Shown here: positions 14,566 to 29,135 of the stretch, piece after piece
Layout of the letters: each line of letters begins with the position of its first letter
Numbering within the stretch: position 1 is the stretch's first letter
Assembly (NCBI RefSeq): GCF_009914755.1
Contig: NC_060926.1
Length of the DNA: 64,000 nucleotides
Direction: 5' to 3' (one strand)
Source of the DNA: the human T2T-CHM13v2.0 reference genome, Homo sapiens
The notes under the pieces: model-generated
The model's database searches: none
Seen by the model: only the letters and a program-made list of their open reading frames with translations
Told to the model about the DNA's origin: nothing
Position numbers and translations under genes: made by a program

Positions 14566-16239
14566 TAAATTTTAAAAGAAGGAGAGAGGGATTCCTAAAG
14601 ATAATATGTTTTGGTTAGAAACAACAAAACCTCTGTCTTGTGACCTTGGATAATTAAATACTGTTTTAGGATCTTGGTCTCCTGACCAAAAAGTTGATAT
14701 TGTATCTGATCTGCTAACTTTACAGTTAATAATGAGACTGAATCTAATAAACATGAAGTCTTTGAACATCTTCCAAACAGAAGGAAATATTACTATGGCT
14801 CTAGCTCTCTTAAATGCTTCAATGGACTAGTTAGGAACATATTTTACTCATGCTTTCTAGTCATCTCTAGGGATCCTCATTTTAAATCTCCATGTGTGTG
14901 ACTCTCAGCATGGAGGCATAAAGATGGATACTGTGTGCCTCATTTCCTTCTCTAGGGAATGTGCAAAACCACATCACTCCTGTGGGCTGTGATCAGTGCA
15001 ATAACCATGCCCCCACCCCACTGCAGGCCCCTCTGGCTTAAGAACCTATCCCACCCATAGGTTGCTATTTAAATTGTTAAAATGAGAAAATACAAATTGT
15101 CCCAGCCTCAGCAACTACCCAAATAGGAAGCCAAAATGGAAGCTATTCCCAAGAAGCAGGTAACTATAGCAGCCTTTCTGTGTTTCTGCTGTAAATAGCC
15201 ATCCTGTAAACAGGCTCCTTCTGCCAGGCAGCTAGCAATTCCCTCTCTACTTGTCAGTGGAGTCCCTCAGAGATGAGTTCAGTGAATTATCAGAATGACC
15301 AAGATTTTCTACTTTAACTGAGTTAATTGATTAGACCCAGAAACTTTGAAGCTAAAACAATCTCACAACCAGAGCCTCACATTGGTATGTGTTTGGTCTC
15401 TGTTTTTCTCACCTCTGCAAAACATACCATTGAAATCTCTAAGGGAAGGGGAAAAGGAGAAAAAGGTAAGGAAGCCCATGGTAATCTGACAGCATTCCCC
15501 ACTTGGGCCCAGGAGCACTTGGCCTGCCATTGGCCTTGCTAGGAGTGATCCTACAATGGAAATGAGCAAACCTAGCCCTTCAGGGAGGAGCACACAAATG
15601 TAGGGAGGTTTCAGAGCCATTTCTGCCATCCTGCCTCTATGAGGATGGGAGGCTGGTTTTATACTCTTTTAGAAAACTGGAAAAGTAAGTCCCTGGAATC
15701 TCAGTCTTTCTTAGGTTTCTACCTGCCTAGCAGGAGTCAGCCTTATCTATCCTTTTCTTAAAGTAGGGGATATTTAGAGATACACATCTGCCTCAGTCCT
15801 TTCAAAGAGAAAAGCAAAGAAAAGGGCACAGGGCTGGCACTCCCATTTCCCAGTTGAATTTAAAAAGATCTTTGGTTTTGTGTCTTGAATATTTTGTGTA
15901 CATGACAAAGTAGTAATGAAAGGAATTATATAATTTTCAGTAATGGAGACAATTCTGTTGGGATTTAAGGGTCAAGTGGGGTGGGCCAAAGTGGGGAAAC
16001 CACATAAATAAAACCAAATGGGTTATTTAAGCAGGCAGGGCCTGGCATATGGCTACCAGAAACCAGCTTATGAGCCCAAGGGATAACACATTGCAGGGAA
16101 TTACAGGCCAAAGGGAAAGATCTGCAGAAATGCTGAACAGAGATATTGATGTGTGTCCTCCATCATAATGTGGGGACGGATCGGCTCTGAGCATAAGCCT
16201 GGGTGAAGAACGGAGAAAGGGATGGGAGAGCCTGACAGC

Positions 16240-16590
16240 CTAGACCAGCAGACAGGTAGCTTCAAGTCTCAGTGTCCCCCACCAACGCGATCTGACTTGG
16301 GGAATGTTATTTACATCCCTGTGCTTCCATGTCCTCATATGAAAAATAGGGATAATAACAGGACACACTGTGGAAAAAAAAGAAATAGAAGTTATCCCAT
16401 AGGCTTTATTTCATGAGAATTAAATGAGTTAACATACAAAACCTAAGCGCAGTTCCTAACACATAGTTAATGTTCAATAAGTATTAACTAGTATTAATGT
16501 TGCTATATGAGGATCTTACAGAGATGTTGAATGGGCAAAATGAAGCAATATATGTAACATATTTGGCACAGTGCTTAACACGTAGTAATT
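16240..16590 (+). mobile_element. MIR fragments
   Basis: CTGTGCTTCC...CTCATATGAAAAATAGGGATAATAA...GAGAATTAAATGAGTTAA core. Confidence 0.6.
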
Positions 16591-17076
16591 ACTCAAGGAA
16601 GAGACGTTATAGAGAACCAAGCAAAAGTCTCTCTTATGTACACATAGGCAACAAAGAGCTAACTAGAGGGCTGAAAACAAGCATGTTGGAATCAGGATAC
16701 ATCCCGAAGGACACAGCCTTGCCTGGAAGGACTCAGATTGGGAGGTCAGGAGCGTAGGTAAGTAGACCAGGCAGTGGCAGAATTAAGAATGCAGGCAGAC
16801 ATACAGCAAATAGGGCAGCAACTACTTTTGGAGGAAAAAAAAAAAAAAAAACATCTGCCCCAGCCAGGAAGTCACCAATTACAAACTTCCTGTGATAAGA
16901 GACCAGTTCCTAAGTCTGGCCTGGCTATGACCTAAAAGTAAAAATAAATTCACTGGCCCCATGTCCTGTTGGCTAAGAATACAGATAGAACTATAACGTG
17001 CACTGCTAAATGAAAGAGAGATTATTTGTCCATGTTCAAGTTCAGATTCCTGTCCAGGGATAAAGAAATGACTTCT

Positions 17077-17205
17077 GGCCAGGCATGGTGGCTCATGCCT
17101 GTAATCCCAACACTTTAGGAGGCCAAGGTGGGAGAATCACTTGAGCTCAGGAGTGCAAGACCAGCCTGGGCAACTTAGTGAGACCCTGTCTCTACAAAAA
17201 AATTA
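17077..17205 (+). mobile_element. FLAM_C-like Alu monomer
   Basis: Single left-arm-like monomer with an A tail. Confidence 0.8.
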
Positions 17206-18879
17206 AGAAAATAGTAACTTCCATGTTTGCTACAGATTAATAGATTAGTGACTAATAATTAGGCACCCATGCCGCAAGCTACCCAGAAGCTGTCCTCCCA
17301 AAACTGGGAACTTGATATCAACACCAGTATTGTGGAGAATGTAAGCTACAGCCGGGGTGCAGTCTTGTTAAAAGGAAGGAAATTGGAAACATCGTTCTCA
17401 GCCTTGTAATAGCCTTGATGTTGACCAAGATGTTATTTAAGCCTGGAGCTTTTATTACCTTAGGAAAACCAGCACAACGAGGGTTGCTTGTAATCATGAC
17501 TTAATTACCCGACTTTCAGGTTTTAAATGCCCACTTTTTTTGTTCGGAGTGAATTTTAAATGCATTTCTATCAGCATCTACTTTAAAATGGACAAAACGT
17601 GCTAGCAGATTAGTCATCTTAGGTAGAATCTACTTTCATTTATGTTTTGTGTAGGTCAAATGAACATCCATGCCAGAGAAACGCACATCATGAAATACAC
17701 TGAGGTCTGTCTGGGAAAGCAAAGTCAAGACCATTCAAAAGCTCTGAAGTAAACCACACCCTAATTTTGACCACAAAGTTCATTTTACTTTTCAAGGTAT
17801 CGTCACTGACATTCTGTAGCACTCCTTAAAGTGAAGCCCTGACTCTGTTCCTTAGAGAAGAAATCTTGGCTCTGGATATTTGACTTGGGTCTAATTATTA
17901 TTGTGGGTTTTTTTAGAGATCATTCCAAAAACATACAACCCAAGGCTCAGATAGAACTCTTTGGTTAAGGTAGGGGAGGAGCGGCGGAGGCAAATTTGCG
18001 GTTACTTGACATGGCCAAGGGCCATGGTATCATCAAAAACATGCACCTGTAACCCATTCATACGGTAAGATCACCTGGGCCATTGTTATCGTCTTATTAC
18101 CATTATGTGCTGCTGCCTATATGTCACTGGAGTATTTAAGATGTACAGGTCTGAAAGAATGTTCATCTAATTTTACATATTACGGAGAATGGATTTAAAC
18201 TCTTACTTGGAAGTCGCATGAGAATGGGGAAATTGAGCATTGGAGGTAGGTTTTTTGGAGTAAGATGCCAGTGAAGGTCTTTTTACACTGCGCTCTGTGA
18301 CATTATGAGACTGCAGTCCTCAGGTTGCAGGGTAAAGCATAATGCTTTAAGTCACAGTGATGCTTAGAATGCGAATCGGTACGGCCTTAAGTATCTTCTT
18401 TAAGACTCCCTTGTGTTTGCCTCACAAAAAAAAAGATTGTGAACTGTTCTGCATGAATGTATGCATCCCACACACACATATCCCTTATGTCTATGATGAT
18501 CAAAGTTAAGATGAAGAACCCATAAAAGATAAGAATGAGCTGAAGTAACTACAGGGCATGGCCAAATTAAATCTTAGATTCATTAAAATCACCCACCAAG
18601 GCTAAGATATTGGGGTGGTCACAGGTGTATCAGGGCATCAGCAGTGAAATGCATGGAGCACAGCTTTGCCCTGTAGGTGCATTTCTGTCAAATGCAGGAT
18701 GAAAAAAGGTCAGACTGATGCCTCTTCATTCATTTGATGGGATGCCCATTCATTTGATGGGATTTTTAGAATGAGGGGTATAACCTGTAGATCAAGTGTT
18801 TTCTGTACTGGGACTCACCCTTGGCAAAAGGTTTGGGCAGAACAAACCCGCGTGAGTATGTACTGTTCATGCATGATAT

Positions 18880-18891
18880 GCCATCTAGTGG
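18880..18891 (-). promoter_or_regulatory. Candidate CTCF core motif
   Basis: Minus strand reads CCACTAGATGGCA, matching the CCASYAGRKGGCR core, in non-repetitive intron. Confidence 0.55.
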
Positions 18892-19606
18892 TTAAGTGAG
18901 CCTAACATGAATGAAAAGAAAAATGGTCTCAGGTCCCTTCTGCCTCTATACTCTCCATTAGACAACAGTAGAGGTTCGATGCTATTATTTGGAAAGAAAA
19001 GAATTTATTTTCTTAGAAGCCATAGGTTGAATACAAATTCATCTGTGACCACCCCAATTGCTTAGCCTTGGTGGGTGATTTTAATGAATCATAAGATTTA
19101 ATTTGGCCATGCCCTGTACTTACTTTAGCTCATTCTTACCTTTTATGGGTTCTTTATCTTAACTTTGATTATCATAGAACTATTATACAGTTCTTTATTA
19201 TGTGTGTGGGGGATAAACACATTTATGCAGAACAGTTTACAACTGTTTTTGTGAAGCAAAAACAAAGTAGTCTTAAATAAGATACTTAAGGCCATACCCC
19301 TTTGCATCTAAGCATCTAAGGAGAACCCTGATATTATAGTAATTATTAAAGCCAAAAGCTGTACGTTGTGTGTTTTTTTTTTTGTACATATGTGTTTTGT
19401 TTGGCCCACAGGGTACTGTCTTCCATTTTATTTTATTGGCGTATAATTCCTATATACAATATAGTGCAAAAAATCTTTAGTATATGGCTCGATAAATTTG
19501 TATGTATGTATAACCCACGTGATCATCACCCAGATCAAGATACAGAAGTGTCCAGCCTCCCTCAGATCCCCCCAACCCCAGTCAGTCCTCCCTCAAAGAC
19601 AACCAC

Positions 19607-20533
<927 letters not shown>

Positions 20534-21387
20534 GGGTTTACTGTTTATTAGAGTCCAGGTGTCATATGTTCTCTCTGTTCCCTAGTATAAATTCCTACTA
20601 TATTGTTTTTCTTACCATGCTTCTCACTGAGAGATATATCCGTTTGGTGCACTGATTGTATTTTCTCAAGTGTCTCTACAGGAAGCCAAGTCGATTTTCA
20701 AAGAAAATCCCATTACTTTTGAGCAGCATCTCAAAAGTAATCAGAGGTGCCACTGATTGTCATGGCAAAGCCTATAAATCCTGATGCAGTGTTTCAGAAA
20801 TTAATGTGAATGCCATGTCGCCAACGACTGTTCTGACATCCTGTTCAAATTAAGCCAAGCGGTAGCATCAGTCCTAGCATCACAATGGCGAGAAAGCTTC
20901 TCAGTCTATAATCCAGCAAAGGTTAACTTATAATGAATGGCATAATGCAGTCATTGTTGCTATTTACACAGAACCTCTTTCTGTTCAAAGGGAACTAAAG
21001 TTTCTCTGAATATCAATATGTGTAGTATGTCAAGAAGCAGAGCTAGTTTTGAAATAAAATTATTCTTATTATTCCAGAGCTTTCTTCTTCATATTTATTG
21101 GATTGTTGGATTAGCAAACACGTGGTCAATCAACAAACGTGTCTAGCCAGCATGTTACTTCCAGGTGTCTTGCAGGGTGCTGGAGATAGAAAAGTGTAAG
21201 GTGTGTGAGTCCTCCCACACCACCACAGAGTTGAGCCTTGTTGTCCCCCTGGCCTGCAAACTGATGTTTAAAGAGATAACTGCTTCTTCGGATAATAAAC
21301 AAGGCAGGAATATAGGCATTATCCTAATTTAGTCATTTTTACAAATTACTTGTATTTATTAATAAATATTTATTAATAATTTCTGGA

Positions 21388-21677
21388 AAACCAAGCACCA
21401 CATGTTCTCACTCATAAGTGGGAGTTGAACAATGAGAACACAGGGACACAGGGAGGGGAACATCACACACTGGGGCCTGTCAGGGGGTCAGGGGCAAAGG
21501 AAGGAGAGCATTAGGACAAATACCTAGTACATGTGGGGCTTAAAACCTGGATGACGGGTGAATGAGTGCAGCAAACCACCATGGCACATGTATACCTGTG
21601 TTACAAACCTGCACATTCTGCATATGTATCCCAGAACTTAAATTATAGTAAATAAATTTTTAAAATGCAAAAAAAAA
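21388..21677 (+). mobile_element. L1PA 3' end (5'-truncated)
   Basis: CATGTTCTCACTCATAAGTGGGAG...CCCAGAACTTAAA + A tail; TSD AATA(A/G)TTTCTGGAA. Confidence 0.9.
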
Positions 21678-22359
21678 TAGTTTCTGGAATAAGAATGAAA
21701 ACTAATTTTTTAATTTTTAATGTTTCCTGTTATGGGACATTTTGGTTGTTTGCTGTTTTTAAAATACTTATAGATATTTTATGTCTATGTATTTGAAATT
21801 AAGTCTCTGACTCCCTGCCATGCTCAATGGCTGGAGCTTCCAGAATAGTGTTAAATAATAATGGTTATACTGGCTTTCCGTGGTTTTCCTGATTTTAAAG
21901 GAAGTAACTCTGGTGTTTATTAATATGCTGATTTGAAAGGGTTACAAAAATCATACTAAGTCCTTTGTATTCTAATTGTTAAACATCAATAATGAGGAAT
22001 TAAACATTACCAAATGTCTTTGATGCTGTTGAAATCATTCCATTTATACCAATTTGGCCTATGTATATAATATATTAATAGATTTCCTAATATTTTCCCC
22101 CTTCCCCAGAGTGAATACAACTATTTCATGAGGTATTATTCTTTTAATGACTTGTAAAATTCAAATCATTAAACTCTATCCTATTGTTTTTAGAATTTTA
22201 ACATATGTGTATTATGTATTACTCTTTAAAGACAACTACTATGGCAGGGTTGAAGACAAACTGTTAGTCTCATTCTAGTCTATAAATAGGAGTTGCAGAA
22301 ATCGGGGGTGGGGAAGAACCTATTTGTCTATTTTATTTTTCATTGTCCTTTTTCCTTTA

Positions 22360-22650
22360 TTTTTTTGAGACAAGGTCTCTCACTCTGTCGCCCAGGCTGG
22401 AGTGCAGTGGCACAATCATAGCTTCACTGTAACCTGCAACTCCTGCTCAAGTGATCCTCCTGCCTCAGCCTTTTGAGCAGCTGGAACTGCAGGCATGTGC
22501 CACCATACATGGTTAATTTTTATTTTATTTATATGGAGATAGGGTCTCACTCTGTTGCCTGGGCTGGTTTCAAACTCCTGGGCTCAAGCAATCCTCCTAC
22601 CTCAGCCCCCCCAAAGTGCTGGGATTACAGGAGTGAGGCAGTGCCTAGCC
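22360..22650 (-). mobile_element. AluJ
   Basis: Diverged Alu dimer. Confidence 0.85.
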
Positions 22651-22715
22651 TCTCCTTTTTTCTTTTTTCTTTATCTCTTATTCCAGCTGCAATAATTGTT
22701 TCTCTCTCTCTCTCT

Positions 22716-23035
22716 CTTTTTTTTTTTTTTTTTGAGACAGAGTCTCACTGTATCACCCCAGCTGGAGTGTAGTGGTACGATCTTGGCTCACTGCAACCTC
22801 TGCCTACTGGGTTCAAGCAATTCTCCTGCTGTAGCCTCCTGAGTAGCTGGGACTACAACAGGCACACACCAGCACACTCGGCTGATTTTTTATTTTTTAT
22901 TTTTTTTGTATTTTTAGTAGAGACAGGGTTTCAGCATCTTGGCCAGGCTGATCTTGAACTCCTGACCTCAGGTGATCCACCCATCTCAGCCTCCCAAAGT
23001 GCTGGGATTACAGGCGTGAGCCATCGTGCCTGGCC
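22716..23035 (-). mobile_element. AluS
   Basis: Alu dimer with CTCAGGTGATCC. Confidence 0.88.
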
Positions 23036-23401
23036 TGTTTTTTTCTTTTCTAATTCACAAAGTACTTTTCTAACCTCTCTTAAAGCTCTCATCACAATTT
23101 ATTTTATTTAAATTATCTATTTGTCTTATGTTTTTATATGAGTGGTCTGTGTCTTAAATTCGAGAGTTTTCTCTCCCTTCCCTTTAGCCAGTAAGTGTTA
23201 TCCACCTAGCCTCTCCTGTAGAATCAGATTGTCCCAGCAAAGTGCTGCAGTGGCAGGCGGTAGAAATGCACTTAGGTGAGTTTTCTTGTGTGTCTCCAAA
23301 CCATCCCTGGGGTAAGCTGAGGAGGAGAGCAGAGAGTAAGAATGATTCCAAAATTATGCAGGTGCTGTGCTTCTCTGTGGCAGCAGTATGAGTCCAGATG
23401 A

Positions 23402-23934
<533 letters not shown>

Positions 23935-24322
23935 TCATTTTTGTCAAAAATCCTTCCAATACTCATTTCAAGGCATCATCAAAATGATGTATTTCAATTA
24001 TCAGTGCTTTTCCAGGGGAAGCCTTACAAAATTAAGGACCCTCTAATGACTCTCCTACTAGATATAAGCCTAGGTCTCACTCATATTCTCACTTCCACTG
24101 TGTTTTTCCCTGTGCTAGGCATATGGCTTGTACTTAAGTAATGTTTAGGAGTTAATCTCTTTTTTTGCAGTGTATTGGCATTGAATGGCATTCTTCGCGC
24201 TTATTTAAAGCCCAAAAGCAACTTCAAAGATCATACAGGCCTTTTTACAAGTAGATATGAATCACAACCAAAAAATGAATGAAAATTAATGAAAGAAATG
24301 ATGGCAAAAGTGAAGGGGGAAA

Positions 24323-24830
24323 CATATGATCCAACAATTCCACTTCTGGGTATATGCCCGAAAGATACATACTCAGAGCGATATTTGTGGACCCGTGTTC
24401 ATAGTAGCATTATTTGCAATGGCCAAAAGGTAGAAGCAACCCAAGTTCCCTTTCAATGGATGAATGGATAAAATATGACTTATACGTATTATAATTCAGC
24501 CTTAAAAAGGAAGGAAATTCTGACACATGCCACAACATGGATGAACCTTGAAGATGAAACAAGCCTGTCACAAAAGGACAAATACTATATGAATCTACTT
24601 TTATGCGGTGCCTAAAGTAGTCAAATTCACAGAGACAGGAAGGAGAATGGTGGTTGATGCAGGCTGGAAGAATGGGTGCCGAATCTTGGTTTTGAAAGAT
24701 GAAAAGTGTGCTGAGCATGTATGGCAGTGATGGTTACACAACAATGTGAATGTACTTAAAGCCAGTGAACCGTACACTTAAAAAAGTCAAGATGGTAAAT
24801 TTTATGTTATATTTATTTTATCATTTTTAA
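24323..24830 (+). mobile_element. L1MB-type 3' fragment
   Basis: CATATGATCCAACAATTCCACTTCTGGGTATATG...GTAAATTTTATGTTAT. Confidence 0.8.
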
Positions 24831-25065
24831 AGAAGTGAATAGGGAAAAATATATTAATTAACCTAAAACCAAATGAAAGTCACACCATCAGGGTAATTCT
24901 TCAGGAAATGACATTTCTAAGTACCTGGCAAGCTTTCACACCATCCTGCCAGAGAGGGGGTAGTTGGGAGATATTGTTGACCTTGTGCTTTAATGCAGTG
25001 ACTAGAGTTCCTTGGAAAGCAAAGGAAAATGCCACATTCACTAATCACCTCCTTCTTTTCCTTAG

Positions 25066-25222
25066 GGTGTTAAATACCACATTATTTGAAAGCTGGGAGA
25101 TCGTTGGACCTTACCCTTCCTGGTGGGTTTTTAACCTACTGCTATTGCTAGTACAAGGGTTGAACTGCTTCTGGTCTTACTTGATTGTGAAAATAGCTTG
25201 CAAAGCTGTTTCAAGAGGCAAG
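25066..25222 (+). CDS. CERS6: CERS6 internal coding exon (C-terminal part of TLC domain, last TM segment)
   Basis: Branch-like CTAAT 25041, pyrimidine tract, ttAG|G acceptor, AAG|gtaagc donor. 1 nt + 52 codons: [52 protein letters not shown], matching CerS6 as I recall it. Confidence 0.96.
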
Positions 25223-25795
25223 GTAAGCTACAACTCACTTTTTCCAATATGTCTTAAAAAATTTTGTTTTTGTAATTTCTCTGGATCAACTATTTACTAT
25301 TCCATATTTCATCAAAATTGGTAGTATTTCTTCAGAATTGAGCAAAAATTGAGTCATTTCCTTTTCTAGTTCATTTTTTAAGTCTTCAGTGTTCCTTTGC
25401 TGGCGATGGCACCCAATGATATGCATTTGTAATTTTAGACTTAATAATATATTATTTGTTGTGTTCGCTCTCCCTCTTCCTGTCAACCTTGGACCTCCTC
25501 TGATTATATTTATACTGAACAGAAATTTAATCACTTCTTTCCTTTTATGAGAAGGGTCGCTTGGTGCTGTATGCCGGTTTAAACAAACCTTTCTTTCAAA
25601 CTGAAAAACAAATCTGTTCATGACTTCCAACAAGATTTAGTTAAATCTTTTTGGTTAAAAGTGGACTTGAGGTTGATTCGAATAAAGCTTCCTAAGCCTC
25701 AGCCCCAACCCTGTGTGTAGAGCAGAGACTTTTCCAGATCATTCTCTGTGACATTTTCTTACTTGTTTGTTCTCTTCCTTCTGCTACCCTGGAAG

Positions 25796-25819
25796 GCTGG
25801 GAAGTGGAACCCTTTACAT
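25796..25819 (+). CDS. CERS6: CERS6 alternative 24-nt in-frame micro-exon (AGKWNPLH)
   Basis: Long pyrimidine tract, gaAG| acceptor, CAT|gtaagt donor, phase 0 on both sides; matches the 8-aa insert of the longer CerS6 isoform as recalled. Confidence 0.9.
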
Positions 25820-27638
25820 GTAAGTTTCTCCTCCTCTCTCTCTATCCCTGTCCTGAGTGCCTCTTGCCTGTTGGAGGGGCACTCAGATGCTTTTGTTTCC
25901 ACGCATATTGTTCTGTCTAACCTATTGGCACTGTCTAGAGGCTTCATGTGAGCTGTAGCTCTGTGAACTGCAAGAGACACTAGAGACAGCTCTGTTAGGG
26001 CCCTTTGGTGTGAGCTTGTATTCTGCTAAATGTTGCATGATCCAACAGAGAAGAAGAATTTCTTTCACTACCCCCTCTCTGACAGGATGGTGTGAAAGCT
26101 TGCCAGGTACTTGCCAGGTTTAATGTGTTGGCTAAAAGACAGAAATAGACCAAAGTAAAGTAGGAGAAACAGAACTAGTTGGAGGGGGAGAGGATCAACA
26201 CATTGCAGAATGGAGGCCTGAGCATCAGCTGTGGGCCTGACCTGCCTGGGGCCATATGGCAGCACCTGACCACTCTGACTCATCAAGGTCAACAGGGCTG
26301 GCCTGTTCTGCAGGGGAAGTCGGGGCATCTAGTCGTGTACTATGAAGCCACTTCTCAGCACCAGCTCTAGTAGAAATCCTAATTATTTTGATCAATTAAT
26401 TGTTCAGAAGCTAAAGTTCATTTTTCTCTGTGACCTCTCACTCTTTGTAATGAACATGTATTTCTATTTTAAAATCTCCTTGTCCTCATTTGGATACAAA
26501 TTTAATCAACATGCACAAAACTGTCAATATGATAACAATAACTAAATATGCAAGAATGCTGCTTAGATTACTTGTGTCCTTAATTGCATTGCTATTTCTA
26601 CCAGACTTGTTGCCTGCTCTTCAACTTATTCCTTCTACTTTATGAAGAGAGATGATGATTAATTTTATTCTAGATCTCAGGCTTCAGAATATCTTAGCTG
26701 CCCTTGCGGCTCTCACCTGGGATAGTAAGATTCATCTTGACCATGAGTTATTTTCCTCTGGGCTATTTTGAGATATTCTAAATTGTCCTTTCTTTGAAGG
26801 TAACATAAGTATAGATTTTTCTAAGTGCAATTTAAAAAATCTGACTGAGCATGCAAATGTAAATTAATCACTTTGTAAAACTGGAGTTTTCTATTTATGA
26901 CTAATGGACTTATCAACATAGTGGAACTTTACTATAATGCTGGCTTTGTGACTCACAATGTTTAAGTTCAATTATCTTTAGCCATTTTGGAGTCTTAGTA
27001 TTTAAATCTTTTTGGAGATGGCCTGTGTGAGTTCAGTCCCATCTCAACGGGTATTGGAGTGAGGTTCACTTTTATGATATTTACTTCATCACCACTGGTT
27101 GGCATAAAGCAGTAGTTCTCAGCTTTCAAGTTCTCCTGACCCCACCCACCTGAGAGAGAGGACGTTCTCCCACAGGAACTGTAGTTTCTCAAGTTGGGAG
27201 AGGTGGAGGGAGTCCAGGATTCTCATGTTAGAGTGTAGTGGTAACATAGACAGGATGTGATGTGGGAAAGCGCCAGTTAATTCTGCCATACCTCCCAGGA
27301 GACTTTGCCACCTCCCCAGCCCACCCCCTAGAGAATCACAGGAGGACCAGATTGGGAAAATTCCTATGAAGGGAGGCCACCAGGTCTCTTTTGTCACACC
27401 ACTGAAAAATATAAGTAAGCAGTGATGAGTTACTCAAGAATCTTAAGGCCTTCTGGGTAAAAATGCTTACCATAATTTAGACTTACAGAATAGGAGGTTC
27501 AAACTATTTTTATCTTAAAAGCAGTATTTTCTTAATTTCCCCCAAAAACTACTTCCTTGCTAAATAGTAGGATTTTTCTCATCGTTTATGGTAATGTATA
27601 GATTTACATCTTCTCACCTTATTTTGACCTCCATGTGA

Positions 27639-28005
<367 letters not shown>

Positions 28006-28097
28006 TGGGAGCCAGTTCTTGATGATCTAGTCAGTGGATTTTCCTCAGGAAATATTTCAAGCTTCACCCCGCCCAGCAGGTTCTTAAGATGCCTCCT

Positions 28098-28411
28098 GGC
28101 CAGGCACGGTGTCCCACACCTGTAATCCCAACACTTCGGGAGGTCAAGGCAGGTGGATCACCTGAGGTCAGGAGTTCCAGACCAGCCTGGCCAACATAGT
28201 GAAACCCTGTCTCTACTAAAAATACAAAAATTAGCTGGGCATGGTGGCTCATGCCTGTAATCCTAGCTACTCGGGAGGCTAAGGCAGGAGAATTGCCTGA
28301 ACCCAGGAGGCGGAGGTTGCAGTGAGTTGGATCGCACCAGTGCACTCCAGCCTGGGCAACAGAGCAAGACTCTGACTCAAAAAAAAAAAAAAAAAAGAAA
28401 AGAAAAAAAAA
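28098..28411 (+). mobile_element. AluSx-like
   Basis: Alu dimer with long A tail; TSD AAGATGCCTCCT/AAAATGCTTCCT. Confidence 0.9.
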
Positions 28412-28982
28412 ATGCTTCCTGCTGTCATTTGTTGTGTGACATACAGAACAAAATTCCTAATTAATTATAGCATACAAAAAATAGAAATGTAATCATAAAA
28501 CAATGCATGAAAAAGCCAAATAGGAATTTTTTTTTTCAGTGTTCTGAGTTAGTGACTATCTCCATTGCTATGGTTAATTGAGAGCTGATTTTAAATTATT
28601 CTCAAGGAGAATGTGATCATCAATGAGTAAATTGATCCATTTGTACCAAATTCCTATGACGCCATTCCAGTGACACAGTATGCTACTTTTTGATTACAAG
28701 TGGGATTCATGGTCTAGTATGTTCTCAATATGGAAAGATACCTTAAAGAAGTCAAGAAGTCTAGCCCTCCATGATACTTACATTCCTTCATAAATGACTT
28801 TGTCGCCTACATTTTATCTCTCCAATGAAGGGGAACTTATTGCTCTGGCAATGTTCTCATCCTCTTCAGTTTTTTAACATTGGGATCTGTTTCCCCTTGT
28901 GTATGACTGCATGTGCTTCTAGCATGCCATACCTTGATGATTTCTTAGGTGCTGGTTATACTCACCTGCTTCTACTCCACAG

Positions 28983-29135
28983 GTGTCCAAGGATGATCGA
29001 AGTGATATTGAGTCTAGCTCAGATGAGGAGGACTCAGAACCTCCGGGAAAGAATCCCCACACTGCGACAACCACCAATGGGACCAGTGGTACCAACGGGT
29101 ATCTCCTGACTGGCTCCTGCTCCATGGATGATTAA
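28983..29135 (+). CDS. CERS6: CERS6 terminal coding exon (cytosolic C-tail)
   Basis: ccacAG|GTG acceptor; [53 protein letters not shown]; contains the DxRSDxE motif and an acidic serine cluster; in frame with the upstream exons. Confidence 0.96.
   Translation: MSKDDRSDIESSSDEEDSEPPGKNPHTATTTNGTSGTNGYLLTGSCSMDD

Noticed and set aside
24908-25324. 138-aa ORF as a standalone gene
   Set aside because: Only 25066-25222 is the CERS6 exon; the rest is in-frame intron.
28941-28982. Alternative acceptor tttcttAG 34 nt upstream of the terminal exon
   Set aside because: It would frameshift, has a short pyrimidine tract, and lies upstream of the likely branch point CTCAC 28961-28965.
28825-29109. 94-aa ORF over the last exon
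   Set aside because: Wrong frame; the CERS6 frame starts at 28983 and ends at TAA 29133-29135.
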